64,000 nucleotides of DNA, from the NCBI RefSeq assembly GCF_002113885.1, contig NW_018408902.1, positions 2,069,485-2,133,484 on the forward strand, read 5' to 3'. Shown one piece after another: positions 14,537 through 27,100 of this stretch. The first letter of the stretch is position 1; every line of letters begins with the position of its first letter. Origin of the DNA: Mizuhopecten yessoensis. Its lineage: Eukaryota. A model generated the notes under the pieces. It ran no database searches and was not told the origin of the DNA. It worked only from the letters and a program-made list of their open reading frames with translations. The position numbers were made by a program, and so were the translations under genes.

Positions 14537-14869
14537 CATCCTCGATATCCAGGGGTTACGCTCACTTTCGCTCTCTGCACCCCTGGAATATGTCATAGCA
14601 AAATTGAAGGCTTACTGTGCAGCACCTTGTGGACGACACGAGAAGACTAGTTCGATCCTTTGATGTACATCAAAAGAATCTTGCGGTCACGTAACGGTAC
14701 AAAATGACAGGCGTTGAAGTCGGCGTCTCTCCTTTGTAATCTTCAAAGGACAGATATCAGCCTAGCGATTGGTCAGTTTTTTCACCTGAGATCAATCAAA
14801 CAGCTATCTTCAGTTTTGCTATGGGATGCAGAGAGCGAAAGTGAGCCTAACCCCTGGATATCGAGGATG
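14537..14869. mobile_element. Mutator (MULE)-type MITE
   Basis: About 43-bp TIRs CATCCTCGATATCCAGGGGTTACGCTCACTTTCGCTCTCTGCA. Flanking 9-bp imperfect duplication TACATAACC / TACGTAACT. Confidence 0.75.
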
Positions 14870-15616
14870 TACGTAACTTGACAATGGTCTGACCAGAGCT
14901 TGTCACTCGGAACTCCTCGGCCGATTCGGTCATCAATGCAGAGCATGTAGGATAGAAAAAGAAAAGGGAAGAGAGGTCCCAAGTGTTGCAGATAATTGGT
15001 TTAAGAAAAATACCCTGGATTCAAAACAAAATGGGCGGGTTGGGGGTGGAGGGGGTCACATTAGTCGCCTTTTACGACGAACATGTAGAGATACTTAATT
15101 TTCTGTAAATGCACACGTGTATTAGTACCACATCGATCGTTGATTGATAGTCGAAGCGATGAAAACATAAACGGACAGTATAATCATATCAAGAATATGG
15201 GTCAAAAGGATAAAACCCGTTTAAACGTACATGGAAACGAAGTTATGTAATTGGTATCTTTGTTCCTACAAGTTATACACGATATTGCATCATTTATTTG
15301 CACGAATCCTTGTGTGACTATTTCCTCAATTATCTTTCACTTAAATGTAGTCTTTGATATTACATAGAACCACTGCGCCTCATGTGATATCTCTAAATAG
15401 CTCCACTAGACTTCACATACTCGACACTGCTATCCTGAAATAAATACTCGACATATGTGCGCAAATCTCATTTACATTTTGAGATGGCCCCTCTAGTAAA
15501 TTTAATGTCATCATAGTTCGTGTCATCTGCCATTGAGGAACGCCTATCAGACTCGAGTGGAGGTCCTTATACATCGACAAATTGGAAAAAAGGCAAACGA
15601 TCCTCTAAACTTTAGA

Positions 15617-18600
15617 ATGAACAAAGAAACTGCAAATGTCGCTTACGAGGATGTACGAAGTGACAATAGCGACACAAACTGGTGAGTTACATTTATTTTC
15701 CTCTCTAACATTACTTTTTAGCGGTATATTCCACCTTAAATATATAGGGGCGTCTGCTTTGTTTCCAGTTACGAACTCTTCAACGTTAAGTTTCCTTCAT
15801 TTATCTTTATTTATGTACTTATTTATCATTAAATGACTAGTTTAATAAATCATCGAAAAAATGTAGTTGTCATTAATTAGGGAAAATAGCGAAAAGTGTA
15901 TGCTTATACAAATATATACAAATTCTTTGTAACAATTTGGACGTTCAAAACATTAACATCTTTCATCATTTACTGGACAGTGGAAACATTTAAAGCAATA
16001 GGGGCCGTTTCTCCATTAAATGTATTTGTGTAAGGTTACCGTTTTATTTCTCATTTAATTCAAGTAAATGTAATCTGAGTATCGTACGTGTTTCTATAAT
16101 GAGATGTATGTATGTAGTAGCTATTTCATAGTTTATGTCAATTAGCTAATACATTATGTTTTTATTATTTTATGATGTTTATGCCAAGTGACTGTTACGT
16201 TATGATATGTAAGAGATGTTTCGTTATTAATTTATGACATTGACGCTCCACAGGGTCGTCCTGAAGTATGACGGCAATACAATTGTTATTGATTCAACCG
16301 GCGAGGATTATGAAGAATTCACTAATAAATTTTCAGGTAATATTTTATAATTTTGATCTGACCTCTCTTTTGGTGAAGATGGTGACATGTTATGATAAAA
16401 TGCGATTATACGAAGGCCTCGCATAGTATTGACTAAACTACCGAAATCAGCGCAAGCTAGGATTAATCAACTCCCCACTCCCCTTCCCCCATAAAAAATG
16501 AATGAAAGCACGCTCGTATAATTATTACTTAACTTTTTACTATCACACCCTAAAGTAAAATTTGGCCTCTACCTTAAACAGATCTAGCTTCCTTGACTCC
16601 TCCCCTTTACCGCGCCCCACCACCACCATCACCACTCATTTAACTACATCCCCATTCATGTGCATTTAAGTTTGAGCTTCATGAAAGCTCGCCAGTAGTT
16701 TCGTACATCTGCACTCGCCTCTGCTTAATTTCACACTCGTTAAGCCAATAGCCATGTATCATAAAGTATATATATCACAAACTGATTATCTAATACATGA
16801 TATAACTACTATATAAAACTGTCGCGTTCGATAAGGAATTGATATCGTTATCATTCTGACATCATACTAACTTGTACTGATGTTATTTCCATGGTAATTA
16901 TATGCATAGCAAACCTGAATATATGTGAAGCATGGTCTATTTCATGTAAAAATTTAAAAACTTTTTTTTTTATTATTAAATGTCGGAATAATAATTTCAT
17001 TATATAAAACAGCAAGAAATATGTGACAGTTTGAGGCACATGTTCACAAATGGTTATTATGTAATATTTCTGCAGATTGACAAAAGTTGACGTAAGGGGA
17101 AAAACCTACTCGTAATTAAGAGGTCGCTAGTCTGCTATTTTTTTTTTATCGGATAAGATTATACCGACTGTTACACGGCGCTTGTCTAAAGTACCTCACA
17201 TTGTTGGAATAGGACGGAACCGATTCGGTATTTCCGCATTTTTGTTTATCTAGCAATATCCCATTGTTGATTGAAATATGTCCGTATTTCATATCCATCT
17301 CAAAAGAAAACTCTATATAGAATTATGCAAATTGAAGTAAAGCTTCCTCGGTGATATATAACCTTGACCCCGAGTCACAAGACCCGGATAGCATCCTGTG
17401 TTATTAAAGTACAGTTTACTATACACGCGTGTATAAATAATGATAGCCTTATTAGGGAATAAAATGAAACAGACAGGAAGACAAACGTTACTGTGACCCC
17501 GGGGTCACCAGTCAGGGGTCGTCGAGATGGTAATTTTAAAATTGTATAGGGCTTAGTAATAGCTTACGGTGTTTAATGACGTCAGTGCATGCATTAGTTA
17601 ACTGCATGGTGTTCCTCCCTTACCTATGCCTTACCTATACATGTCTCTGACGTGTAAAACAGATATACAAAGGTATTATCGTCATGCAGTCTCTCTCGAG
17701 ACGGCCCATTTTCTTAATCAAATCGCTATCCCACTTAATCTTTGACCTGTGGATGTTGGTACCTTTGAGCTGGTTTGTAAACTTGTACATACACATCTAT
17801 AAACCACAGGGACCTGAAAACTTGTAAGTTCAATTTTCGGTAAAAATTACACCTCTACGATAATACACATTGGACTAATTGCGGGGAGGGTCATTTTTAC
17901 TGAAAATTGATCTAAACCCCAAACACATGCTAAATCACGCTGAACATTTCAGTTTGAGTCAAACTATAGGTGAAGCAAATGTTCAAGTCCCTGTTAATAT
18001 AAACGTGAATCTCTATATCGTTTACTANACGTCCTATTTTAAAATTTACATCCAATTATCTGCTTTCTCCTATTGATAATCACTTCATTGGTAAGGATTG
18101 CATATTTGATTTGTCTAGATCTGACACTGCACCAGTACACGAGAGATGTGTTTTAGCCGATTTACAGATAGATTATATCGTGCCTGTACAAATAAATCAG
18201 TGTGTCAACCGAAATATGCGGGAGCGTCAATTGTTGATGTACACAGGATGTAAAACATTGTGTCGACTCGTGAGTATTCTAATCCGTACAAAGGTGTGCT
18301 TGTCCTGACATAATTAACATATTAAACTGAGCTTTATCATATAATAGATGAAACGAAAAGAAATAATTAACGGATGATGAAAAAACATAAAGAGGGGTTA
18401 TTTTCATTATTTAGTCATATATATTTGTCGTCAAGAATGCAAGCGCACCGAGTCACACTTTTAAATGAACTTTCAAATGCAAATTGTAAGAAATTTATTG
18501 TGTATTTTTTTTAATCTTTATTGAGTAATATCTACAGTCACAATTAAACTTTCGTGATATTGCGCTGAATATTACGATCAGCTTACGTTTACTGCGATTA

Positions 18601-20353
18601 TTTTAACTGTAATTGCACCGAGTCCTTTGAATCGAAGGGTATAGGAGACAAGTCTGAATTTTTATTGCATAAATTCTACTTCACTCTATAGCAGTGTTTC
18701 TTGGTCAAAAAAGAGTAGATCTCAAACCTCTAAAAAGCGTGGATTAAGATGTACTACTATAAAGTCGTGTTATTTTTTCGGCTGATCAAAAATCAAATTT
18801 TGAAAACCCCTTTTCTTTGAACCGAAATTATAATTGAGCAACAAACTGGAAATTGATAATGATGGTCTACTGCATGGTGGTCCATACAAAAGTTGTTCAT
18901 ACTTTTCGGTTTATCAGAAATCCAATATGGCTGCTGAGGTCGCCATTTTCAAACTCCGCAAGTTCAAACGGACCGACTAAAATGTAACTTGGAAAGGACG
19001 ATCTAAATAGCAAAGATGACTAAAAACAATCAATTATCACTATCAACCACCCTCGATACTCCAGACGTTACGTTCACTTTTGCTCTCTGCCGAAAAGCGA
19101 AAGTGAGCGTAACCCCTGGAGCGACGAGGATGACTATCGCCGTATTTTTGGTTTCTAACAAATGATGGAACTATATTGGTTTTCCTACATTACTATTTCC
19201 AGTTCACGTCTCAACGGCACTATTTATAAAGTATAAGTTAGCTGACCATTAAGACGAATGGGCCTCTTGTATATAAATAGATATATTCGTCACTCGCCTA
19301 AGTGTGAAGTAGTATCGACTTCCGCACAACATTTTATCTCAACACACAAACAAAATTACTCGCGAAATTCTCGTCGGGCCGGAAGTTCGATCAAGTATAA
19401 CTCCTTCAGTAGACCGGACATTCGGACGGGTAGCTCTTTAAATTGGGTTTAATAAATATCGTCTGATATTAATGCACAACAAAATGACTAATATATATGA
19501 AACAATTGTTGTAACGTAAAATTCCAATAAGTAATCCAATTTCATTAAAGGCGGTGAGATACACGAAGAAATATTACGGAATGCCGCGGTAGACGAGGAA
19601 CTTCTTTTTAAAAATAATATGTTTAACAGAGACTTTTACGGGGAGTGAATGTAAATATGATAACAGGGATGAAAAAAACTAATTGTATGTTACAAATTGG
19701 TGAGAGCTAAGTGTTAACGTTATCTAAACTTTCGTTTCCGTTCCAGATGATGACAGGGGATTTGCCTTCCTTAGGATTGAGACAGGGGACGAGATGAGCA
19801 AACGCAAGAAGTTCGCTCTTGTCACCTTTATAGGGACAAATGTCGGGGCCCTTAAAAGGGCAAAGGTCAGCACGGATAAAGCTCAAGTAAAGGACGTATT
19901 CAAGGTAAGGGACAAATCGACCCACTTGTGCAACACTGTCTTCTTTGTCATGTTTTCCCTCAGACATAACAAATATAACATCGAATTCCAGGGGTATGTG
20001 TCAATGCGGTGCACAGAAAATCGAGAAAGACTACGGTCGACTCGTCTTCCACGTTGATATTCATTAATTTTGGACGACAAAAAGACACGGTCGACTCGTC
20101 TTCCGCGCTGATATTCCTTAATATAAGACGACCAATTGCCTAATTTAAATTCATGTTCTCGCAACTGGTGAAACATTTTTGGACGAATATAGGTTCGCTT
20201 TACTCTTGCACTGTACTTCAATGCCTCTATTTTTGTATTTTACAGAGTTTCGCAATAGAAATACTTACCAACGAGAAATCAGATCTGAGGGTGGATAGGA
20301 TAAAAGCGGAAGTAGTCAAGGCAGGTGGCGCTAACTACGGCACCGGATGTTAA
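15617..20353 (+). CDS. COTL1: Coactosin-like protein (ADF-H actin-binding), 137 aa; exons 15617-15681, 16254-16336, 19747-19904, 20246-20353
   Basis: Spliced product MNKETANVAYEDVRSDNSDTNWVVLKYDGNTIV...FAFLRIETGDEMSKRKKFALVTFIGTNVGALKRAKVSTDK...VVKAGGANYGTGC has the coactosin hallmarks GDxMSKRxKF and KAGGANY. GT-AG introns with matching phases, 414 nt. Confidence 0.93.
19048..19132. mobile_element. Internally deleted copy of the MULE MITE at 14537 (TIRs only, forming a hairpin) in COTL1 intron 2
   Basis: The same TIR sequence back-to-back, with a 9-bp imperfect flank duplication ACTATCAAC / ACTATCGCC. Confidence 0.7.
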
Positions 20354-21741
20354 CGATGCTTAGAAAACATTTCACTGGTTTAAACTATCGTTCCATCGTG
20401 AAAAAGCATTCCATAGTATAGACACTTTATTTATATGTTAGATCAAATGCTGAGCTTTGTAGAAAATGGTCTCAAATCTTTTAACATGTTATATTGTTTG
20501 AATGTTTGCATATACTGTACGCTACCTTGCTGTGATATTATTTACTTTCTGAAGTATTCACCACAAACAAACATTGAAAAGATTTCCCTAGATTATGATG
20601 ACTTTTCAGATAATGAGAAAGATTAGCTAAGGGCGATAACTCGTGCACAATTCACGTGTATAATGAATGTGATAATATATGCCCTTAAACAAGCTAAATT
20701 GCTAAAGGTACATGTGGAGTAAACACATTTATGTATTTCATATAAGTTATGTGCAGAATCAAAGCCAAAATGTTAAAATCAAAGGCAAGGGTGCAAAAGA
20801 AACCCTAAGTTAGCATCCTGATTAGAAAAATCGTAGATTCGCCATTGATTCCTGCTGTTTGAATACTTGTGCAAATATTTTCTGTCTGACAAATATATAT
20901 TTATTATTTATATGTTAATTGTCTATGGACGAGTGTAATCGTGCTTGTGTTCCCTACGATCTCACTTTATTCAGTCAGTCTCACTTTATTTTCAACTTAA
21001 GTGTTTTAGTCATTAAAAAGAACATCTTATGACATGTAAAATTTAGTAATATATAAAAAATATGTTATGTTTCCCTCCCTCCGCCCTCAACCACTCACCC
21101 ATGGAAGATTTTTAATAAACAAAACATATTTTCCTTTACATTTAACCATTTTTCTTATCTTATTTTAACATTTTATTATCTTCATATAATACGTTATTAC
21201 TGTCTCATATCCTTGTATTTTAAGGGAATATACAATACACCTTATGCCATGGTATTGTGCAAATCCCCATTTCCACTTAAAATATAGCGTCCCTCCCTTT
21301 TGCAGAATCCTAGATCAGCACTAGATGTGGACTGTCCCTCATATATAGGTTGTCGGCTCTTTATAATAATATGCCCCGCCCCGTCCCTCTGTTTAATTTG
21401 ATAAAGGGTAGAGGTTTATAAAACACACACAAAAAACCACTGTGAACGTCTTTAGGGGTATTACGTGAACAACGAGTGTCTCAAAGTTGGATAACATGTT
21501 AAAATAAATGTATATGTTTATGAAAAACCTTACAGATTGCGTTGCGTTCCTTTGTGACAGTTTGCTTGCGTTTTGCTGGAAGAGCCATTTATAAACCGCA
21601 TCTTCAACGTTTGGAAGGAGTGTTCGTCTGAATTCGTAAACTCTAAAGATGATATCAATTCAAACTAAAGACCCCGACGTTAAACTTACTCCCGGCCTTA
21701 ATTATATCTGCACCTAAAAGGCTAAATATGGAAAACTGGAC

Positions 21742-22020
21742 TCGAACGACCTGTCTGACCAAACCGTTCTCATGCTCAAGCATGTTTTCGTTTTTTTAGC
21801 CTAATTTCTTGTTCCGGTAATAAATCAATCATAAAATCTTATTTTGTCAATTATTTAGAGAAAAGTTGGAAAGACTTGGAGCCGAATACTGTTTTCAATG
21901 TTTACATTTGACTTTTTGATAGTTTGACATTCATATTTTAAGTGAGTTACACGAAAGTTGGTTTGAGCCCATAATCCATGCTTGAGCATGAGAAAGGCTT
22001 CATGAAAACGGACGGATCGA
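21742..22020. mobile_element. MITE-like element with imperfect TIRs
   Basis: TTCTCATGCTCAAGCATG near 21767 and its reverse complement CATGCTTGAGCATGAGAA near 21977. Confidence 0.5.
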
Positions 22021-23799
22021 TATCAACTGTGGCTTATGGTCAAATATATGACATTAACCCATTCACCCCTTAAGTCACATTTCAACTTTACCAAATCAAA
22101 GACTGGGCGAGTCCACTTGAAAAATGTAGGAGTGGATGAGTTAGTCGGATATCCTGGGCGTCAATGACCTGCCAGAGGACACGATAAAAGTACAAATCGA
22201 TAAACTCCAAAACTGGTAAAATAAAAGTGTTCGATACTCCACTCGGACAAGTGTATTGTCCGATCAGGCCATACAAATTGTATGTTTCAGGTACCCTGAC
22301 CGACTTAGTTTTACCTGCGACCCTTAGCATTTTATCTCACTCGAATGCACTTACATTTGTAACCTCCTATTCGAACACGTCGAAAATCGTGAGTCTCTAT
22401 GAAACCTCTCTATTTCATAGGTAGGTATCAAAGTCAAATTTAAATCCAATATTATTATTTAAAAGACCTTAAAATTTAATGAAAAAATTAACACAATTGG
22501 TCTGAAAATTTATGTTGGGTAATTTTTGTAATTTCTTAAAATTAACACTCCCGTGTCTCAAAATAAATGAATAAATACAAATGAAACCCTATGCCGACCT
22601 ACCCTATTGTTTCGGTCATGTTATATTTTACTTGAAACATACAATTGGTTTTTTTCTGGACGTCAATTTACAGTTTACATCGTAACACCAAACTAATTAT
22701 AATATGCAACAGATGGGGTTTTTCACAGTGATTTACAACTTCCGACTAAAATCAACTTTAAAAAAATAACAAGTCAAAATCAACTATTTGACCAACTTTG
22801 AAGTGTGACCATGTAGCTTGAAGTGTATTGTGTATCGCCGAGTATATTAAGTATTGGGAATTGAAAGAATCGCAAGACCAACTTAAGTATAGGATATCGA
22901 CTTGTTGAAAAGTTGCATCGGAGCCATCCCGGAAAAAAATATTGAATTATAAACATGTGTAGATGTCAACTCAATAGCAATATTGGATTAAAGCAAATTC
23001 ACTAAAAAATAAAACGATTTCTACGTAAAACATTTTTTTCTGCATACAAAAAATATCAATCATTAAAGTTGGTTAGCAGGACTGATTTAGAGCTATTTTA
23101 GTCCACATTGTCCGTAATTTTACACAACACTAGGCGCTTCATGACACAAGAAATATGCATTTCATAACTCTATCTGTTAAAACTAAATCGGATCATAACT
23201 AAAATTTTAGTTTTTCAAGCTCGCCATTAACACCGAAGGTAAGGAATGATGATGAACTTTCTTATTTGAATCAGGTTGAGTTTCAACGAAATTGGTCGAC
23301 CGGTCATCCTTAATTAAATGCTAATGAAACCGATGTCAGTGAGTGCAAGCATCTAGTACTACAATCAGTGTTAACCTGACGATCAGGAATCTGTACAAAA
23401 AAAGTGGTTTTAAGAATTAAATAATTAAAGGTGATCATAAAAGATACATATAATATGGCAAATTAACGAGGCCAGACTAATTATTTACAATACAAAGCAG
23501 ATTTGATTAGTTATTTAATACGGCAAGCCAATTGGTGCTGAGTCTGTCAGCAAAGTCATTTGAGAAATAGCGAGCATGATGATGATGCAAATACACACAT
23601 ATTATAATCGTATATAGCCGCAGGCTCTCATTTTGCAAACATGATTTCAGTTTATTTCTCCCGTTCGACTAAGGCACATATATTTCACAAAAGTTGCAGT
23701 TTGGAATGTAAATGACGTAGGCCGTTCGTGTTTCATGTCATTTTTTAATTATCTGGCGTTAGAACACGAACATATCGCAGCCTCCCAAAATACACACAC

Positions 23800-23895
23800 A
23801 TACACTACACGCATGCATCTTGCACACAGGGGAGGCCGTCCTTAAATGACCTTAGCTGTTAATAGGACGTTAAACAAAATCAAACAAACAAACAA
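23800..23895 (+). mobile_element. 3' end of a bivalve SINE
   Basis: GGAGGCCGTCCTTAAATGACCTTAGCTGTTAATAGGACGTTAAAC followed by a (CAAA)n tail, typical of a mollusc SINE terminus. Recognised from memory. Confidence 0.6.
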
Positions 23896-24113
23896 AAGAA
23901 TCAAGCGATAACATTATACTACTGATTTTTTTTAATGGCTGATACACTTTTGAGACGACCCCCAAAAACATAGGTGGCGCTGAAAAACATCAAATCCGCG
24001 TCATACGTATGTTTCGTATATTAGCATAAATGACTGACGCCATTGTTTCCTTTCCGTGTAGACGCGACTCTTTTGAGGATTTTTCACCTGTAAAAATGGA
24101 AGACACTGTAAAT

Positions 24114-27100
24114 ATGAGTGATTACATCAGCGTATCTGAAAATGAAAGCGACGAAGCAGTAGAGATACCAAGAGAGGAAGACGGAACACTGCTTCTATCG
24201 ACACTTTCAGCTCAATACCCAGGAGCATGCGGTCTCAAATTCAGGAACCCAGCCACAGGCAATTTCCGGGGGGTTCGTCTGATTGATGGAAAGCTTCACC
24301 CTCCAGACTCAGCATGGGGAAACGACACGTACATTGTTGTCTTCCCGAGACCAAATTCGTCACAGTCAGAAATCCAAGAAACGGAAAACCAAATTCATCA
24401 TATCCAAAGTTTAGGTGGTAAGTCAGGCGGAAATAGAACTAAAACACCGGAGTTGACGTTTTTGTTGCCATTTGTGAATACATTTTTATCCTATAATGCA
24501 ATCGTTATCATTTTGTCCAGTTTACTCGAAAAACCTTTCACGAGCATATGGAAGATTTTGCATCATAATTTCAGTTTTAGTGTGTGTAACTAACCAAAAT
24601 TTCCGATGACAGGATTTGGATGTTAGGGCCAGAGGAAACTCTTGACTGGGTCTGGGGTGAGGGTTGTTTGGCATGCAGCATTACATAGTGTGAGGGTGCC
24701 TTGCTCTTAACCCAAGCAAAAAAAGAAAAATCTTGCAATCACATTAATCTAATCCTTGCAATTGTATATGATGAACATGTTTTTTTATTGCCTTTTCTTT
24801 AGACAACAAAAGGAAGGGAGATGACATGGAGAATCCTGTTATAAAGACAAAGCGAGTTGAGACCAGAAACGTCTGCAGTGACCTGATTGTCCTTGGCCTG
24901 CCTTGGAAAGCAACAGAAGAGGATGTTAAAGCTTACTTCACAGACAATATCGGCGAAGTTGTCCTAGCACAGGTGAGTAATATCTTGCTGCGTGAGACTG
25001 GGAACTCCTTTGTGTTTAACTGTCCAATCTGTCAAATATTCAAATATTTTTAAAGTTTTGGAAGAAAGGTGAAAAATAAAAAACTGTTCTACGGAAAGCA
25101 GGACATATTAACTATATTTTACTATAAAATACAAAGGAATATGTAACATTTATAACATAAGACATGACTAAGCGATTGTATAGTAGATTTCGCTTATTAT
25201 CACTTCTGATTTGTCAGATGAAAATGTGATATTAACCGGAACATGACATAAAAAGAAAACATGTTTTTCGGACCTCATTTAAATATGCAGCCAAAATACT
25301 TGCTAAATTCCGGCGGTGCTCTTGGATCGTACGTGATCAAATAAACCTAGATCGACATGTAGTTGTCGACTGCTAGTGTATAATTGATTTTTAAAACATC
25401 TTTGTAAATAAGGTCCTTCAATCATGCGTTCCAAGTTTGAAATTTTGAAGTCGTTATCTGCGAATGCAGAGAACATGAAAAAGCTACAAAGTGATGAACT
25501 GTGATCTTTTGTAACACGTCGTTTCATTGGATGAAATGTCATTGCATATTTTTATCGACCAATCAGATGCCTTGTAACACAGCAAGATAAACCCCCATCG
25601 GAAATGGGTCTAAACTGTGCTTACAATATTTTGAGGCTAATATTTTGAAACAAAAAGGATTAGAACAAATATCACCAGCTTATATTAGAACATGGATATT
25701 CTGAAATGTATATCTGATCATATGCTCAAATTTCAACATTTAATATGACTTGCAGTGTAAACAGGAATGAATCGTTCGGTTTATTGATACGACATAGCTG
25801 CCGACAGCATCATCAGGTCCATTGTATTTTTTTCGGGATCTCGTCCGATTTTGCGATTCAGTCAAATCCTACACATTACGTTGAATGAACTTTGCGTTTG
25901 AAAGTAAAATCGTTTATTTTAATTTTCACATTCATAGTAGAGCAATATCCAAACATATTTAGAACATATCCGCTCACGAATCAGATTTACACTTGTCGGT
26001 ACGGTTTTTGATGTCGTTTGGATAATTTTAAAAACCAAACAAAAGCGATCAAATAACGTGAAACTTGCTAAGGTTTTAAAATTTACATCACTTATTAGAT
26101 GAAGCATTTAAGTTAAATGCTATTCTATATTGTAACAACATTGAGTCCCTCACATTCACAGAAACCATTTGTAGGCCTACGTAACGGTCACTAATCTGTT
26201 AATGTGTACGTTAACTCGATAATTAAGCAGTGTGTTTCAATACATAGTGATTCATTTCTAACACAGATCTATTTATCAGGCTTAAAACTGGTTGCCATAC
26301 CGACTGGTGGACCTTACATGTAAGTTGTATATGCTCATGTTATTGTCATACCTAACTAGTGTGGTGTGACATTTTAATTGTGATGACTCAGTTTGTTCCA
26401 TTATGACAATACTAATGTCTTTGAGATTTAATCACATTTAATTGTTTTGTTTTAGGTAAAACGTGATGCCAAAGGGAATTCCAAAGGTTTTGGCTTCATC
26501 CGCTTCAGCTCATACAAGGACCAGCTGAAATGTTTACAGCAACGCCACATGATCATGGGTCGATGGTGCGACGTCAACATTCCTAACTCCAACGTCAGTG
26601 CCAGTGTAAGATAAGGGGCCATCTGACCCTAGTTTAATATACAAACCTTGGCTCAGGGGAAAGGAAAAATTCCCTGGCTTTAAGATTTTCGACTGTAAGT
26701 CATTACTGGAGATACAAAACGTTTCCTTGTACTTTCCAGAAATGCCTTTCAATGGAAAAACTTGAGACAAGAATAATTCATGAGGTAGAGAAAGCTTTGT
26801 GAATCTGGGGCTTGGTTTTAAACGCAAGGAAATGCAAAAGGGTTTGCCATGGGTAGGGGGTTAAACTTGGTTTGAATATAAGCAAATATTTTCAACTCTA
26901 GATGATGGTCATTGTTAAACTCTAAATTATTAGTCTTAAGTGGTACACTTAAGTTGATCTTGAACATGCTACAAGGTAGTATGAACATCCATTCTCAAGC
27001 CATAAATAGTGACCAATCATTCATTTCAGAATCTAAACCTCTATCAATTTATTATTTGAGTATAGATCTCTATTATATTTTACTGAAATGCATGTTTGGG

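Noticed and set aside
23965-23985. CTCF-like motif TAGGTGGCGCTG upstream of TARDBP
   Set aside because: Only the 3' half of the consensus matches, which is too short to support without binding data.
25150-26125. Probable repeat-derived segment in TARDBP intron 2
   Set aside because: It has short terminal palindromes and a distinct composition, but I could not define TIRs, a TSD or coding remnants.
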